This document shows positions 36,741 to 50,899 of a stretch of DNA of 64,000 nucleotides, piece after piece. This DNA is from Malacoraja senta (taxonomy: Eukaryota), in assembly GCA_038087875.1 (NCBI GenBank), contig CM075990.1, forward strand, positions 11,720,001 to 11,784,000. The letters are read 5' to 3'. The notes under the pieces were generated by a model. That model did not search any database. It was not told the DNA's origin and was given only the letters and a program-made list of their open reading frames with translations. The position numbers and the translations under genes were made by a program. How positions within the stretch are numbered: the first letter of the stretch is position 1; each line of letters opens with the position of its first letter.

Positions 36741-37761
36741 ATTCCTTTTCTCCAGAGATGAGGGGCAGTTTATACATGCAGAAGGTGGTACGTAGATGGA
36801 ATGAGTTGCTAGAGGAAGTAGTTGAAGCAGATACAATAACAACATTTTAAAGACACTTGGATAGGTTCATGCTTGGGAATAGTTCAGTGTGGGCCAAACA
36901 CAGTCAAATGTGGCCAAGTTAGATGGGGTATCTTGGTCAGCATGAACGAGTTGGGCTGAAGGGCCTGTTTCCATGCTATGTGTCTGTGCCTCCATTCTTT
37001 CTCACATACCCAGCAACTTCTCCTGATTCTTCCGCCAATCTCCTACCCGAAGGGCAATTTGTTGTAGTCAATTAATCAACCGATCAACATGTCCTCGGGA
37101 TGCGGAAGGAAATCCGAGTACCTGGACAGCCCCCGTAGAGTCACAGGGAGATTCCACACAGACAGCACCGGAGGTGGGGATCGAACCTGGGTCTCTGCCG
37201 CACCATCAAAACCACATTGTTCCTGGGTGTCAGTTGAAGGTTGGAAGCAAGTGGTGGTCTGTCAAAGTGGGTGCTAACCCAATCGAAGATTGCGAACCCA
37301 AAGGAGGATTTACTCAGAGAAAGGTGGTGGCGAACGGCAGGCTTTAATGCTGCAGTTGATGACCTCATTGTTATCTTTCCATTAGTCATGACTGCAGGCA
37401 AAGGAACGGAGCTTCTGGAAGAACTGAGTTCATAATGTTGGCACTGGGGTTGAAATCGGAGCCAGTGGTTGAAAGGTTGACATGTACCTTGTATATTGAA
37501 GATGCCAATCCCAAACTTGACATGGGGGCATGAAAGGCAACTTTCTGGTAAGGGTATGTCGACGTTAGAGAGGGTAACATGGAAGAGCTTCAGATCCACT
37601 CCATTGCTGGTATGTTTTATGCAGTTTGGAGAGTCTGGGCCTGTTTAGTTTGTGGCAGCATAAGCTGAAGGGAGGTGAAGTTGATGTGTATTACGGTTAT
37701 CATAGGACTAGATACAATGAGTAAGGAACTATTTCCCTTAACTGAGAAGTCAGTAACTGGG

Positions 37762-37970
37762 GTTAGACACAAAAATCTGGAGTAACTCAACGGGACAGGC
37801 AGCATCTCTGGAGAGAAAGAATGGGTGACCTTTCAGGTCGAGGCCCTCCTTCAGACCCGAAACGTCACCCATTCCTTCTCTTCAGAGATGCTGCCTGTCC
37901 CACTGATTTACTCTAGCTTTTTGTGTTTATATTTGGTTTAAACCAGCATCTGCAGTTCCTTCCTACACAG
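37762..37970. mobile_element. Penelope terminal-repeat foldback
   Basis: Inverted arms of ~70 bp; flanking direct repeat AGTAACTGGG. Confidence 0.85.
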
Positions 37971-39855
37971 TTTAGTAACTGGGAGTGGGGATTACATTGG
38001 AAGGATTAGAGTGGAGTCAAGGAAAACGTATTATCACCCAGGGATCTGGAACTCATTGATGGAATGGTTCATGATGACAGAAACCGTCATCCCATAAGAC
38101 ACGTTGGCCATCCAGGCCAATGCACCCAGGAAAATTGGTGTAGGTCTTGGCACCTTGAACATGCAGTAAGCCACGGAACTCTGGACCATGACCTGGGCAA
38201 GAGGATTAAACTGAAATTCTCTTCTTTGGACACAGTGAGCTAAATGACCACCTCTTCTATAAAATTCTTATATTCCGCGTTTTGTTGCAATCTTTGGTTT
38301 CTAAGAGGATTTTTGAAGATCAGTCATTTTCCTTCAGTTTGAGTAAACTTTTCATCACACACAACCTCTCAGGCTGGTATCCCTGTTGATGCACATGTGG
38401 TGGGCATGTTGTTTATAATGGCAATGGGTCACACATCCTTAATCTTGAGTTGGAGGCTGGTTGGAAATCTGCACCTTCTGCCTGCTCGGGTTGCAAATGA
38501 CCCCACACTTGTCCCTCAACCAAGAGCTCAGATGAGTTCTCTCCAGAGTCCCAGCAAATATTTGCCCTGAATCGACATCAATAAAAGGTATATATTTGCA
38601 TTGGGCTTGTTGTTCTTTCCTTGGGGGGAGAGACATGGGGTTAATGAGAAGGATAGAGATGGGGAGAAAGCGGAGCAGAATGGGCTATTGGGGAGAGGGT
38701 TGGAATGGATGTGGTGAAGTGAAGAGAACTTGGAATATGGTTCGGAAGCATTGAGTTCCGATGCTGCAGTCATAATGGACTGATCCCTCAAACGTGATCT
38801 GGCTGTACAGGTTAGAAGATTAGTTGGCCTGACAGTTTTGCGGGACACTTGTTATCAATAAGGTTGGAGATGTTTCAAGGATAGGCTCGAGCAAAGGGAG
38901 CCACCTTGTCAGGGACCATGGGCTTGGTGCTTCCCCTTAGCCTTGTTGTAATCTTGGCTTTGAGTTAAACAAAGTGGAGACCAGTGTGATGAATGCATTG
39001 CCAAGCTCGCTTGAGTACGTACAGTACATTGACCCTTGCTGTCCAACACTTATTTCATCCATGTTCCACATGGTGTGAATGATGCAACTCCAGTAAGGAA
39101 TACGTGTCACAATGCAATTCCGTCCTGTTCAGCAGCGGTTATCAAACCCCTTCAGGATAAACGTCGACCGTGGCAGTCGCTCCTTGGCTGCCTGATTAGG
39201 TTGCACAATGTGTCACAACTGTAACTGCTGCCTGCCATTAATTGGTCCTTGGAGAACACTTCCCTGTTGAGTTAAGCGCATCTTGCATCTGCAATCTCCT
39301 CCAGTGTTGGCCTCCTGACCTTTACTTTATCCTCTCTCGCTGTTCCTGCACTTATCTAGACAGTGACAATAACTTGTATTTGTATGTCCTCATGGGAGGC
39401 CATTTGGCCTTTCGGGTCTACGCTGGTTCTCCGAGCAATCCAATCCCCCCCCCATAATCTACTCTCCCCAAGTCCGTCACGCATCTACACATGGAGCAAT
39501 TTAGAGAGGCCTATTAACTACCAACTCATGCTTTATGGTGTATGAAGGAATCAGAATAGATGGTGAAAACTCATGTGGTCACAGGGAAAAAAGGCAAACT
39601 TCGCACAGTGTCAGAGGTCAGCATTGAACAAGTTGCGGGCTGTGATACTGAAGTTCCACTCCCTGTGCCACTCCTCACAAGTCATTTTGTGACACAATAA
39701 TATATAAGGGCAGGTTACCGAAAGTTTTAGAGTTATGGAGTGATACAGTGCGGAACCAGGCCCTTCGGCCCAACTTGCCCCCACTGGCCAACATGTCCCA
39801 GCTACACCAGTCCCACCTGCCTGCATTTGGTCTATATCCCTCCAAACACTCTAGT

Positions 39856-40140
39856 CAGAGATACAGCACGGAAACCGGCTCTCCAGCTCACCGAGTCCGC
39901 ACCAACCAGCAATCCCCGCACACTAACACTACCCCACACATACTAGGGACCATTTTACATTTATACCAAGCCAATTAACTTACAAACCTGTACGTCCTTG
40001 GTGTGTGGGAGGAAACCGAAGATTTCCGAGCAAACCCACGCAGGTCACGGAGAGAACGTACAAACTCCACACAAACAACACCCGTAGGCCAGATCGCACA
40101 GGGGTCTCTGGCAATGCAAGGCAGTAGCTCTACCGCTATG
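39856..40140 (-). mobile_element. V-SINE, next to a CR1 3' end at 39727-39847
   Basis: Family match. Confidence 0.8.
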
Positions 40141-41079
40141 GTATCGTGACCATTTTCTTCACAGAAGAATGGGTTCATAGGAGTACCTTAAAGGAGTTGG
40201 GACATGGCCAAGAGAGTTTTGAATGATCTCAGCTTTGTGGAGAGTGGAAGAGGGGAGATCAGTCAGGAGTGTGTTGGGTCAGTCGGTGCTGGAGGGAAGA
40301 AAGGCATGCAATTGGGAGGGGATGGCTGTGTTTTGGGTGCTGAACCATGTTTGCTGGAATTATGACGGTGGAAACAGACAATGTTGGTGTGACAGACACA
40401 AAATGCTGGAGTAACTCAGCGGGTCAGGCAGCATCTCTGGGGAAAAGGAATAGGTAATGTTTTGGGTTGAGACCCTTCTTCAGACTCATCTCGATTTCTC
40501 CTCTTGCTCTAGTCCCTCCCTTCTTCCTGATCGGCAGCTAGATAAACACATGAAGACTGACGTGTCACAGGCGAAGATCTTATGAGTTAGTGGTGTTGAT
40601 CCAGTGGGACTGTGTGTATGGTCTTGCTATTGTTTTCCATTCCTTTTGTCCTCTGCTCTTAATTCCTCACATTTAGTCTTCAATGTCCTATGTTTGTAAA
40701 TCCCTGGAGTGTTGCGGGTTGCTTAAACGATTACTCTCGGGCGAAGTTTCCATTCTAGAGTCACACGTGCCTCAGAATTGCTCCCCTCTGTCCTCATCTG
40801 GGGGATGGCATTCATAAGATCATAAGGGATAGGTGTAGAATTGGGCCATTCGGCCCATCAAGTCTACTCCGCCATTCGATCATGGCTGATCTATCTCTTC
40901 CTCCTAACCCCATTCTCGTGCCTTCTCCCCGATGCACTAGTGTACTCCAGTACTCCACTGTTGTGGAGATACCATCCCTTGGATGATTCATCAAACCAAG
41001 GCTCAACCGGTAATCTCATATGGATGCAGAAATGCTTTTTGCCGATATCAATCATGATTATTTATTGATAATCTGTCGA

Positions 41080-41550
41080 TCAGCTGGTAGAGCTGCTGCC
41101 TCACTTCAGCAGAGACCCAGGTTCAATCCTGACCTCGAGTGCTGTCTTTGAGGAGTTTGCATATTCTCCCTGTGACTGGGTCTGAAGAAGTGTCCCGACC
41201 CGAAATGTCACCCCATCCTTTTCCTCCAGAGATGCTGCCTGACCCGCTGAATTACTTTGTGACTATCTCTCTGTGACCACATGGGTTTTCTCCAGGCGCT
41301 CCGGCTTCCTCCCACATCCCAAAGCAAGTTGATAGGTTAATTGGCCTCTGTAAATTGTATGGAGTGGATGAGAAAGTGGGATAACTTGGGTCTAGTGTGC
41401 TGAAGATGGGTCTCGACCCAAAACGTCACCCATTCCTTCTCTCCAGAGATGCTGCCTGTTACTCCAGCTTTATGTGTCTATCATTTGTGAATGGGTGATC
41501 GTTGGTCAGCATGGACTTGGTGGGCCAAAGGGCCTGTTTCCATGTTGTAA
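41080..41550 (+). mobile_element. Old V-SINE interrupted by two Penelope repeats
   Basis: Penelope pieces at about 41178-41260 and 41400-41480. Confidence 0.75.
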
Positions 41551-41978
41551 ATTAAACGTTATTTTAATGGGAGCTCACTGTGTACAAACTGCCTGCTGGT
41601 TTTTTTTGCATGATAGCATATTTTGTATAGCAGTTAATCGACCAGAAAGTGGCATGGGATGTTGAATAGATGATGAGAGGTGCCATACAAATGCAACCCA
41701 TTATAAGGCTAGGCCTCAGGCAGATCTGGGCTCTGGGAAAAGATGAAGGGTCCACAGAGGAAACTTCTCAGGAGGTGATCAGGGTTGAGGGACATTAATA
41801 ACAAGTGGAGATTAACTCTGCTTCCCTTGGAACAGGGAAGGTTAAACGTTGACCATGTGGAAGATTTCAAGGTGATTAGAGGCTGTGTAAGTAGTATTCC
41901 TCCCTCTGAGTTGGTCAGTGACCAGGTTTTAAAATTAGCAGCGATAGATTGAACAGAGATAAGTTTATTCTTAAATAG

Positions 41979-42280
41979 GCACAATGCTGGAGTAACTCAG
42001 CGGGACAGGCAGCATCTCTGGTGAGAAGGAATAGGTGGCGTTTCGGGTCGAGACCCTTCTTCAGACTGAGAGTCAGGGGAGAGGGAAACTAGAGATATGG
42101 AAAGGTAAGGTGTGATAACACAGATCAAAGGGGACGATGATCAAGGAAAATGTAGAATGGTTCATTGTTGGCTGAGGGGAAGTTGACAACGAGGAATACA
42201 ATCAGTAAAATGTAATCAGGAGGAAAGTGAAACTAGATGGAGAACTAGGATGGGGAGGGATGGCGAGAGAGGGGATGAAG
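41979..42280 (-). mobile_element. Longer Penelope 3' fragment (subfamily A)
   Basis: Terminal repeat plus a purine-rich extension; related extensions at 21775-21860 and 25400-25515. Confidence 0.7.
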
Positions 42281-44334
42281 GTAGATAAACCACTATTTAT
42301 ATTTCATTTCAACTTGGCCTTGTTGGGGCGATTCCTGCTCTCCCCCATCAAGGTGGTAGAAGCAAACGTATTCAACAGTGCAGCGAAGGGCTGGGAATGA
42401 GGAGCCAGGTCTTGAATAAAGAAGGGTCTCGGCCCAAACCATCACCTATTCCTTCTCTCCTGAAATACTGTCCGATCCACTGAGTTACTCCGGTTTTTTT
42501 GTGTCTAACTTGAATAAAATCAACCAGGTGTGTCGAGCATGCCAAGGTGGGATCAATGAATCCTACCCGCTGCAACCTTCTCTTGTTGTAGGATGCAATT
42601 TTGTTGTCACAGCCTCACGATGAAGTCGTAGAATTATACAGAGACCGTTTAGTTCATTGCTTCCTCCGAAAGGATTATTACTTCCCCTGAAAAGATTCAA
42701 TAAAGTCTTGTGCTGAATTCCAAGTCAAGGTGTTGCAGTAAACCAGTCTGCTCGGTTTCAGTGATTTTATTTGAATTAGTTACACCCCGAAACTTCCCCA
42801 TACCCCACCCCAGTCACTGATGCCCCAATGAGAGGAGAATTTTGTGAACTCTGTTGTTTCACGATGCTAACGTTCTCCCAGGGAGCTACAGAAACTCTGC
42901 TGGGTGTGCGCGTGTACGTACAAGATTAGTGACACAGTGGTGCTGGTTTCCGACAGGAATGGTGATGGACGCACCCGCGCATCTCCGTCCTCCAGTTCCT
43001 GCGGACTTCCGCCGCTGGAAGTATAGGATTTTGGCGTGTGTGCTGTATCATCTTTCCTGACAATGCTATGTACGACAGTGATCGCGACTTCTACTGAAGA
43101 GTGGATGGCCGTTGGCCTGCTAGGAGCTCATCCGCCCTTTGACAGGTCTTGTTTTTGGTCCTGCTGGGGATCCACAGCCCCCTCCTCACCTGGCAAACCA
43201 GGTGGGGGAGACGGTTTAGTCGCCGACTATCCGACCATGGTGCCCGTGGCAGGGGGGACCTGAAAGACAGTACATAAAATTAGTACAAAGTAAAATGGAA
43301 GAGAGACAAATGGCGTCAATAATAGGTCACAAAGAGAGGGACAGGCAGCAACGAAGAAAGGTACCAATATGCAATCCTCCTGTCAAACTCGTGATAAATA
43401 CCCTGTTATACCGTAATCTTGTGCTCCTTCAGCATGCGTTGGTTCACTGCCATTTTCAATCATCAGTGGTTGAACACGGCACTCAAGGAAAAAAAAAGCA
43501 GTTTAATTAGTAACAGGGCTTTGAATGGGCACTTTTCTTGAGCTGTCCTGACCTCAAAGCGTAAAGATCTAATCCACGTTGGCACTGCTACTATCTTGCA
43601 GGTTTCTTCAGCCTGAGAGATCCCCGTTCCATCACTCTCCTGGTTTCAGTGTCCTTGAGAATAATCTTCTTGTTCAACACTCATAAGAGCAAACCTCAAA
43701 GTCAGGTTTTGCTTCATCTCCCTGCTGACTCCATGTGGAAAAAGTGAAGTCGGTTGTCAGAGTGCAGGAGATTATTTGCATTGCCACATTCCTGCATTGA
43801 TGGCACCTTTCCAACATTGTGGAATGGGCTGCAGAGTTCCCGACAAACGGTCGGAGGCTCAGGCAGAGGAATAAAGAGACAGACACACACGAGGCCAGTG
43901 AGACTAAAATGGGAAGTAGACAAAAAATGCTGGAGAAACTCAGCAGGTGAGGCAGCATCTATGGAGAAAATGAGTAGGTGACGTTTTGGGTCGAGACCCT
44001 TCTTCAGACTAAAAGGGGGAAGATATGTGAGTTCAAGTGAGAAAAACAAATGCATGTGAAGACATTTGTTGTTGCACTAACCTAACACCAGTTATATTCA
44101 CCTCTGCTGATTCTTGTCAGAGCCTGACTGAGTCATATCTTACAACACGTTGACCATAAACAGGTATTGAGGTGTGTTGTGTATTATGCATCCTTGAGCT
44201 TGATTCGGGCAAGGTCTACATTAGCTGTGCTGACTTCACCCAAGCCTCAGAACCTCTGAGGTGGACATAGTGGTGCTGGTTTACTCAGCAAATGGAGGTG
44301 GCAAGGTCTGCATTCGAATCCCACCATTTAAACT

Positions 44335-44455
44335 CTGTTGTGGTTCTGCAGTCATTGGAACTGCAGAACCACAGCAGTGTAGATGGGGCACAGTGCAGAA
44401 CCACAACAGAGTAGATGGGGCACAGTGCAGACCCACAACAGTGTAGATGGGGCAT
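44335..44455. repeat. 32-bp tandem repeat (about 3 units) with an inverted seed copy
   Basis: TGCAGAACCACARCAGWGTAGATGGGGCACAG units; inverted CTGTTGTGGTTCTGCAG upstream. Confidence 0.8.
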
Positions 44456-45036
44456 CTTTGGTCAGCATGGGCAAGTTGTTCCAAAGGGAATGTATGACTC
44501 GATGACATCTTTGGATCTACATGTATGATAGCTGAGTCTTCTCGTCTTTGTTCAGCACAGACTCTGTAGCAACTAGAGAGGTATTTCTGTAAGTGTATTG
44601 GGGTCTGATTCTGATGCAGATTTGGAGCTGCCATGGGTCAAATTCTTCCACTGTGTTCAATGTCTTTCATTATGTTCAATTACTTGGCATTTCTGATCCA
44701 AATAGGTCTCTGCTTCAGAGAGAGTGGGGAGAAAGTTATTTGTTGTGGGCAAAGTATTAATGTCCTGATGACTCGGACAAATGGTTAAACTACATCTGCT
44801 CTGTTTCACATACCTTGTGTTAAAGTAAATGTATAGTGTGGAGCCCCTCAACAAAGCATCCTGTGCTTCACTAGTTGAGTGAGGTTTTCCCAAATAATGT
44901 TGAGTTCACATCTACTCCCTGGTGTAACTGTTAAGGATCCTGTGATACGACTTCAAAGAAGACCTGATGAGTCTCCCTTGGTGTCCCTTCCAGAGTCCCA
45001 AGGTCAGATGCCCGAGTCCCCGGGGGGGGGGGGGGG

Positions 45037-45565
45037 TAGGGTTGCCAACTGTCCCGGGACATCCCGTATTTTGAGCCAAATTGGAATTCTGAGCCAATTT
45101 TGAGCCAAATTGAGCCAAATACCGCCCTTGTCCCGTATTTGACTGCTACTACTCAGGTCAAGGGGACTGTTGAGTCAGAGCTCCGTGTCCGGCCCCGCCT
45201 CACCATCCCAACGCAGTGCAGCAGCAGCAGCACCTCGCCCGTGGCCCCGTTGGTCGGCAGACCGGCCAGCTGTCCAACCTTCTGTCCTTCACTTACCGCC
45301 GACACCACCACCACCACCCCTCCTTCTCATGGCTTATCATCGGTTCATGAGTTGGACGGGGTGCCGGACTTTGCTCGCGACGTCGCGCCCGAGCCAAAAC
45401 TCCTCAGCTGGCCCGCCGGCTGGGCTTTGTGTACAGTCCAGCACCCGGGCCAACTCATCATTCACCCAGCCACGGCCGAGTCGGTCAACAAATCGCCGTC
45501 GGGAATTTGTCCCTTATTTTGACCCTTTGTCCCTTTTTTGGGAGTGAGAAAGTTGGCAACCCCTA
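45037..45565. mobile_element. hAT-like MITE
   Basis: TIR TAGGGTTGCCAACT ... AGTTGGCAACCCCTA; sibling at 49746-50281. Confidence 0.85.
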
Positions 45566-47053
45566 TCCTCAACCAACATCAAGTCGACAATCTGCTGGTC
45601 ATCACAGCTGCTTGCAGCGACTTGCTGTACACAGTTTGCTTCCAATGGATCAGAGTCATACAGCAATCTACCTCCAGGTAAAAATTGTACTCTGCTTGCC
45701 AATGTTAAATTCACAGGCCTCACCGACACTTGGCTTTGGTTCAAGAAACGTCAGTACAGTCAGAAGCATTGCATCTCTTCAGAAGGCCTGTAAAACAATG
45801 GGACATCCCGAGGCAGAAAAAGGGGCTTTACAAATGCAGGTTCTTCTTTTCCAAAGCTGCTGAGAATGGGTGCGTGTTTATGTCTGATGAACATTTCGAC
45901 TGAAAAGCCTTCACTGTGTCTATTGATTGGATCACAAGGACTTGCATGTTAGCCGTTTTTATCTGTCAGTTTATCAATATCTAATCTAAGTGTGTAAGCT
46001 TTAACCACATTTTATAATCAAAAGACTAAGAAATTCGACTGATTCTTTTTCTTTAAATTGTTTTCCTTCAACTGGGAAAGGGACCTGTTATCATAATAGT
46101 GTTTCAATATGTTTTCAAGAAACTGTAGGGGTTGTTCAGTTGCAATATACCTGTTAAATTACCAACACAAACATGGTTCAGATGCCACTTGATGCTTGTG
46201 TGAACTGTATTTTGCCGCTGTCAGGAAAAATTAAACTTCAGTCAGTTCCATCAAGCGGGCGAGAGAGAAAAAATCACAAGAGCCCGTTCTTCTCCCAGTG
46301 TCCTTGTCTTAATCGGACAGCTTGTGTCTGAGACTCCTCTTGGCTTTGGGAGAGTGGGTAGAACAATGTTCCATCTGGTGGAGGTGCCTCATGGCAGATA
46401 CAGTATCCCGGGTTCAATCCTGACCCCTGGTGCTGCCTGTGTGGAGTTTGCACGTTCTCCCTTTTGGATTTCCTCCCACAAAACATGGGTTGACAGGTTA
46501 ATTGGCAATAGACTGTTAATTGGCAATAGACTCGTTGTTTCCAGTGCCCAGTTGAGTGGTATAATTTGGTGGAAGTTAATGGGAACCTGGGAGAAAGGAA
46601 TATACTGGATCAATGTGGGACTGGTGTGTGTTAGTTGGCTTGGTTCTGTTCGGATCCCATTAGCCCAGACTGAGGAAGGCCTGGATTGTGTGTGAGCGAT
46701 TCCACTCAATTATAGCTGAATGTTTTGAGGGTCATGTGGCCTGTTTCATTCTGTATCTATGGCTTGAGGACAACTTTATTTGTCACATGGTATATTTGTC
46801 ATTAAAAAAAACTAATAATTGTATAAGCCCGATAGAACTATCAACATACATAATAACACCATACTGACATTTTAGATAGCCATCTCAGATACAGTACAGG
46901 TGTATAGCAGTAGGACACTGAGACAGCATACAACAGCACCAGTCTTGCCTCTGTTTTCAAGTCAAGAGATGGACTGAAATGATTTGCCTGTTCCAGTGGT
47001 TGGTGGCCATTTGATGTTGATTAGCCACCTCAACTTCTGAACAGAGATCTAAA

Positions 47054-47360
47054 GGGCCTCACAGTAGCACAGCGGTAGAGTTGCTGCCTTACAGTGCCAG
47101 AGACTCTGGTTCAATCCTGACTATGGGTGCTGTCTTTATGGAGTTCGTATGTTCCCCCTGTGACCTGCGTGGGTTTTCTCTGGGATCTCTGGTTTTCTCC
47201 CACACTCCAAAGACGTACAGGTTTGTAAGTTAATTGGCTTGGTGTACATGTAAAAATTGTCCCGAGTGTGTGCAGGATAGTGTTAGCGTGCGGGGATCGC
47301 TGGTCAGTGTGGACTCGATGGGCCAAAGGGCCTGTTACTGCGCTTTATCTCTCAACTAAA
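47054..47360 (+). mobile_element. V-SINE
   Basis: Full-length family match. Confidence 0.85.
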
Positions 47361-47587
47361 ACCAAACCAGAGGTGAACACACGCAAGGCATATTCACAGA
47401 CCAGAGTCACATTTCTCCTGTTCAGTCATGGCTGAGAAATGAGTCAACTGTCTGATTCTCCTCCATGCTTGAAGGTACGGAGTGATATTGCTGTCTCTCC
47501 CAACCATATTACATTTGAAAGACTCTGATCCCGTCGTAAAGAAGGCTTCAAATAACTCATTCAATCCTGTGTAAGAATGTGCAGTTA

Positions 47588-48002
47588 AGGGCCTGTCCCA
47601 CTTACGTGTTTTTTTTTCGGCGACTTGCCGGCACCCGTCATAGTCGTAGCAGGTCGTCGAAAATGTTCAACATGTTGAAAATCCAGCGGAGACCAGAAAA
47701 AGGTTTTGGCCCGAAACGTTACCTATTTCCTTCGCTCCATAGATGCTGCTGCACCCGCTGAGTTTCTCCAGCATTTTTGTGTACCAGAAAAAGGTACGAC
47801 TCTTTGGACGACTACTCACAACCATACAGGCAACATATCGCGGGGTGAAGGTAGACTATCGCGCGGTGACACCCGTATGGTCGTGAGTAGTCGCCCAAAG
47901 AGTCGCTGGATGTTCAACATGTTGAAAATTTTCGGCGACCTGCTGCGACTATGACGGGTGCCGGCAAGTCGCCGAAAAAATTGTGTAAGTGGGACAGGCC
48001 CT
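47588..48002. mobile_element. Harbinger-like MITE, subfamily 4, with a nested Penelope repeat
   Basis: Long inverted arms (TTTTTTCGGCGACTTGCCGGCACCCGTCATAGTCG); insert 47705-47782 with TSD ACCAGAAAAAGGT. Confidence 0.9.
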
Positions 48003-49745
48003 TAAAGATAGTTTAGTTTCATGGGCTGTTCATTCTGCAAGTACAGAGGGTATTGGTTGTATTAGACTGAATCATCTTGCTTATTATCTCCTGCTCCAAT
48101 CCCTGTGGACATCAGCCCTTCAGCATTGAGCGATCAACCATTTAAAGATTTTCCCAGGAATGCAAATTCCCCAGAGTGGTAAATATTATCAACTCACTTA
48201 GTTTATTTAGTATTTTATTGGTTAGTGTTTCATATTTCATTGGTTTCCAGGACTGTTCCTGATCCTTTATTTGTTAGTGCCCAGTCAATTTTTAACACTG
48301 TTCCCTGACGGACTAGCACAGAACCGAAACATTAAATGAATCTTCCTCGTAACGACGAGTGTAGCAATCCTATAATTACTGGTAAGTAGCCATTAAAGGC
48401 TGCCCTTGACCCTGTGTGGGGGCCATTAGTTAGCTGCAGCAATAGAGGCCCTGTAAAGGTGTCCCCTGTGGCACAAGGAGATGATAGATAGGCTCATAAA
48501 ATGGCGTCGCCCATCTAGGAGCCTGGACGCAAGGTTGTACTTGGTGTTTTGTCTTCAGGCATCCCATCCTGAATGTTGTCAGAGCAGTCGGTGTCAAGAG
48601 TGCTGAGGCTTTGGGTGGCTTCCTTACAACCAGTTTAAATAATTCTTCACCCTGTGCAAAATTTAATGCATGGATTTTTTTCCTCTCTCTCTCTCTCTCT
48701 AGAAGTGACAATTATTGTATTCGCTGTGAGCCGAAAGGACCAGCACAAAAATCCTGGCTGTAATACTATAGCCTAGCATGCCTGCACTTAAAGTGTGATG
48801 CTTCCCATTGGCATCAGTGTGTGATTTGCAGATGATCCTTTAACTACTGTGAGCTGACAGTGCCATAAGATAATTAGCAACTAGTCAGACTTGGGTTACT
48901 TCAGTAGGTGCTCTTGCAAGTCGGTGCATTCCCCCAGTTCATTCCAGATGAAGTCATTTTAACGGAATGATTCCTTTCCTTCATTCTCTGATGGCTGTAA
49001 ATCCTTTGCACCTTCCTGAGAAGACAAATGCATAATTATTTGTTTGGATGAAACACGTTGTTATTGTATAGTCTGACAGTCACCTTGGCGTAAGTACAGG
49101 GCAGTAACCTAATCAGTGGTTCTTTGATAATAAACACTCGCTTGCTTGTAATCATTGTTAGAAGTACATAGTTAATCTCCCATTGACAACTTGTTGACTT
49201 TAGTTCCTGTCGCCTTTGTTCGAATTGGCTGTTTATGGCGGAGACCCACTGTTTTATGATGATCAAAAACACAGGATGCTGAATATCTAAACAAAGAAAA
49301 ACACACCATCAGTCAGGCAGCATCCGTGGGGAGAGGAATGGAATTAACATTTACGGGTACACAATAGGACACAAAGTGCTGGAGAAACACAGCGGGTCAG
49401 GCAGCTTCTCTGGAGAACATGAATAAGTGACCTTTCTTCTGACTCATTGTGGGGGGGGGGAGGAGGAGATGAAAGCTGGAAAAGGGGAGAGTAGCGCAAA
49501 GCGTGGCAGGCAATAGGTCAGCATGGGCAAGGAGGGTTTTCATGGGTAGATGGTAAGAACAGAAGGCGTGTTGTTCCTGGGTCTTTGACCGTAAAGGTGG
49601 CTTGATCTGCTGTGTGTAGCCCCTGTTACTTAATCTCCAACTGGAGAGTTAACGTTTATCTATGTACTGCAACTTCAGATGGATGTAATCAATTGTTTAT
49701 CCATAATCCCTCCTGACTCCACTCCATCCCTGCATCTACTGCCAA

Positions 49746-50281
49746 TAGGGCTGCCAACTGTCCCGTATTAGCCGGGACATCCCGTATATTGGGCTAAATT
49801 GGTTTGTCCCATACGGGACCGCCCTTGTCCTGTATTTGACTGCTACTACTCGGGTCGAGGGGACTGTCGGGTCGGAGCGCCCCGTCTGGCCCCGCCTCAC
49901 CCTTCCCGATGTAGTGCAGCCCATGGAGTGCAGCAGCAGCCCCTCGCCCGTGGCCCCGTCGGACGGCAGCCCGGTCAGCTGTCCGACCTTCGGACCTTCG
50001 CTTACCGCCGACACCACCACCACCCCTCCTTCTCATGGCCGATCATCGGTTCGTGAGTTGGATGGGGTGCCGGACTTTGTGTGCGACGTTGCGCGCCCCG
50101 GCGACTGGGCCACAACTCCTCCGCTGGCCCGCTGGCTGGGCTTTGTGTGCAGTCCAGCACCCCGGGCCAACTCTTCACTCAACCAGCCACGGCCGAGTCG
50201 GTCAACGAATTGCTGTCGGGAATTTGTCCCTTGATTTTGACCATTTGTCCCTATTTGGGAGTGAGAACGTTGGCAACCCAA
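49746..50281. mobile_element. hAT-like MITE
   Basis: 8-bp TSD ACTGCCAA at 49738-49745 and 50282-50289; TAGGG(C/T)TGCCAAC TIR. Confidence 0.9.
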
Positions 50282-50676
50282 ACTGCCAAACTAATCCTTC
50301 GACTAATTTTAGACTGTCATTCCCCCTTCTGTAAACTGAAATCCATTCCTAATTCCCACACTTTCATCCATCTCGACTCCATTTGCTGGCCCATAATGTT
50401 AAGCATCTGATAAGATGTAAAATTATCATTCTGGTTTGCGCATCGCTTCATAGCCTATCCCTTGCAGATCTATGCAACATCCCACAGCCCTGCAGCAGTT
50501 AAGTTGTTGCTTTAGTAATGCACAAGCCTGGGCTAGTGTTCAATTATTAATCTGGAATTCTTGAGAAAAACAAACTAACCATTAGTGGTGATGACTGCAA
50601 TTGCAACTGGATCATTTGTCAAAAAGAAATCATCTGTTGTATTAATGCCCTTCTGGAGCAAATCTGCAATCATTAA

Positions 50677-50899
50677 AGGGCCTGTCCCACTTGGGCGTCA
50701 TTTGTGCTTAATTTACGCGGCATCATTTACGCGTCACGACGCGCGTTTTGCACGCATGGTGCGCCTCAAGCGCGCATGGTGCATGGTGATGTAGGCAGCG
50801 ACGCGCGGTCACGCGCAGCGCCCCAGGATTTTGGGATGTGCAAAATCTTCGCGCGCCATCTGCGTGATGCGCAAATGCCGCCCAAGTGGGACCGGCCCT
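50677..50899. mobile_element. Harbinger-like MITE, subfamily 5 (CGCG-rich)
   Basis: TAA|AGGGCCTGTCCCACTTGGGCG ... CGCCCAAGTGGGACCGGCCCT|TAA. Confidence 0.9.

Noticed and set aside
37141..37599. 152-aa ORF in non-obvious sequence
   Set aside because: No recognisable domain or splice context; ends in a SINE fragment
43180..43250. Possible twister ribozyme (UAA...GAGGG)
   Set aside because: The conserved P4/L4 segment is absent
45100..45547. Overlapping GC-rich ORFs, also at 49736-50410
   Set aside because: Interior of a non-autonomous hAT MITE; no transposase motifs
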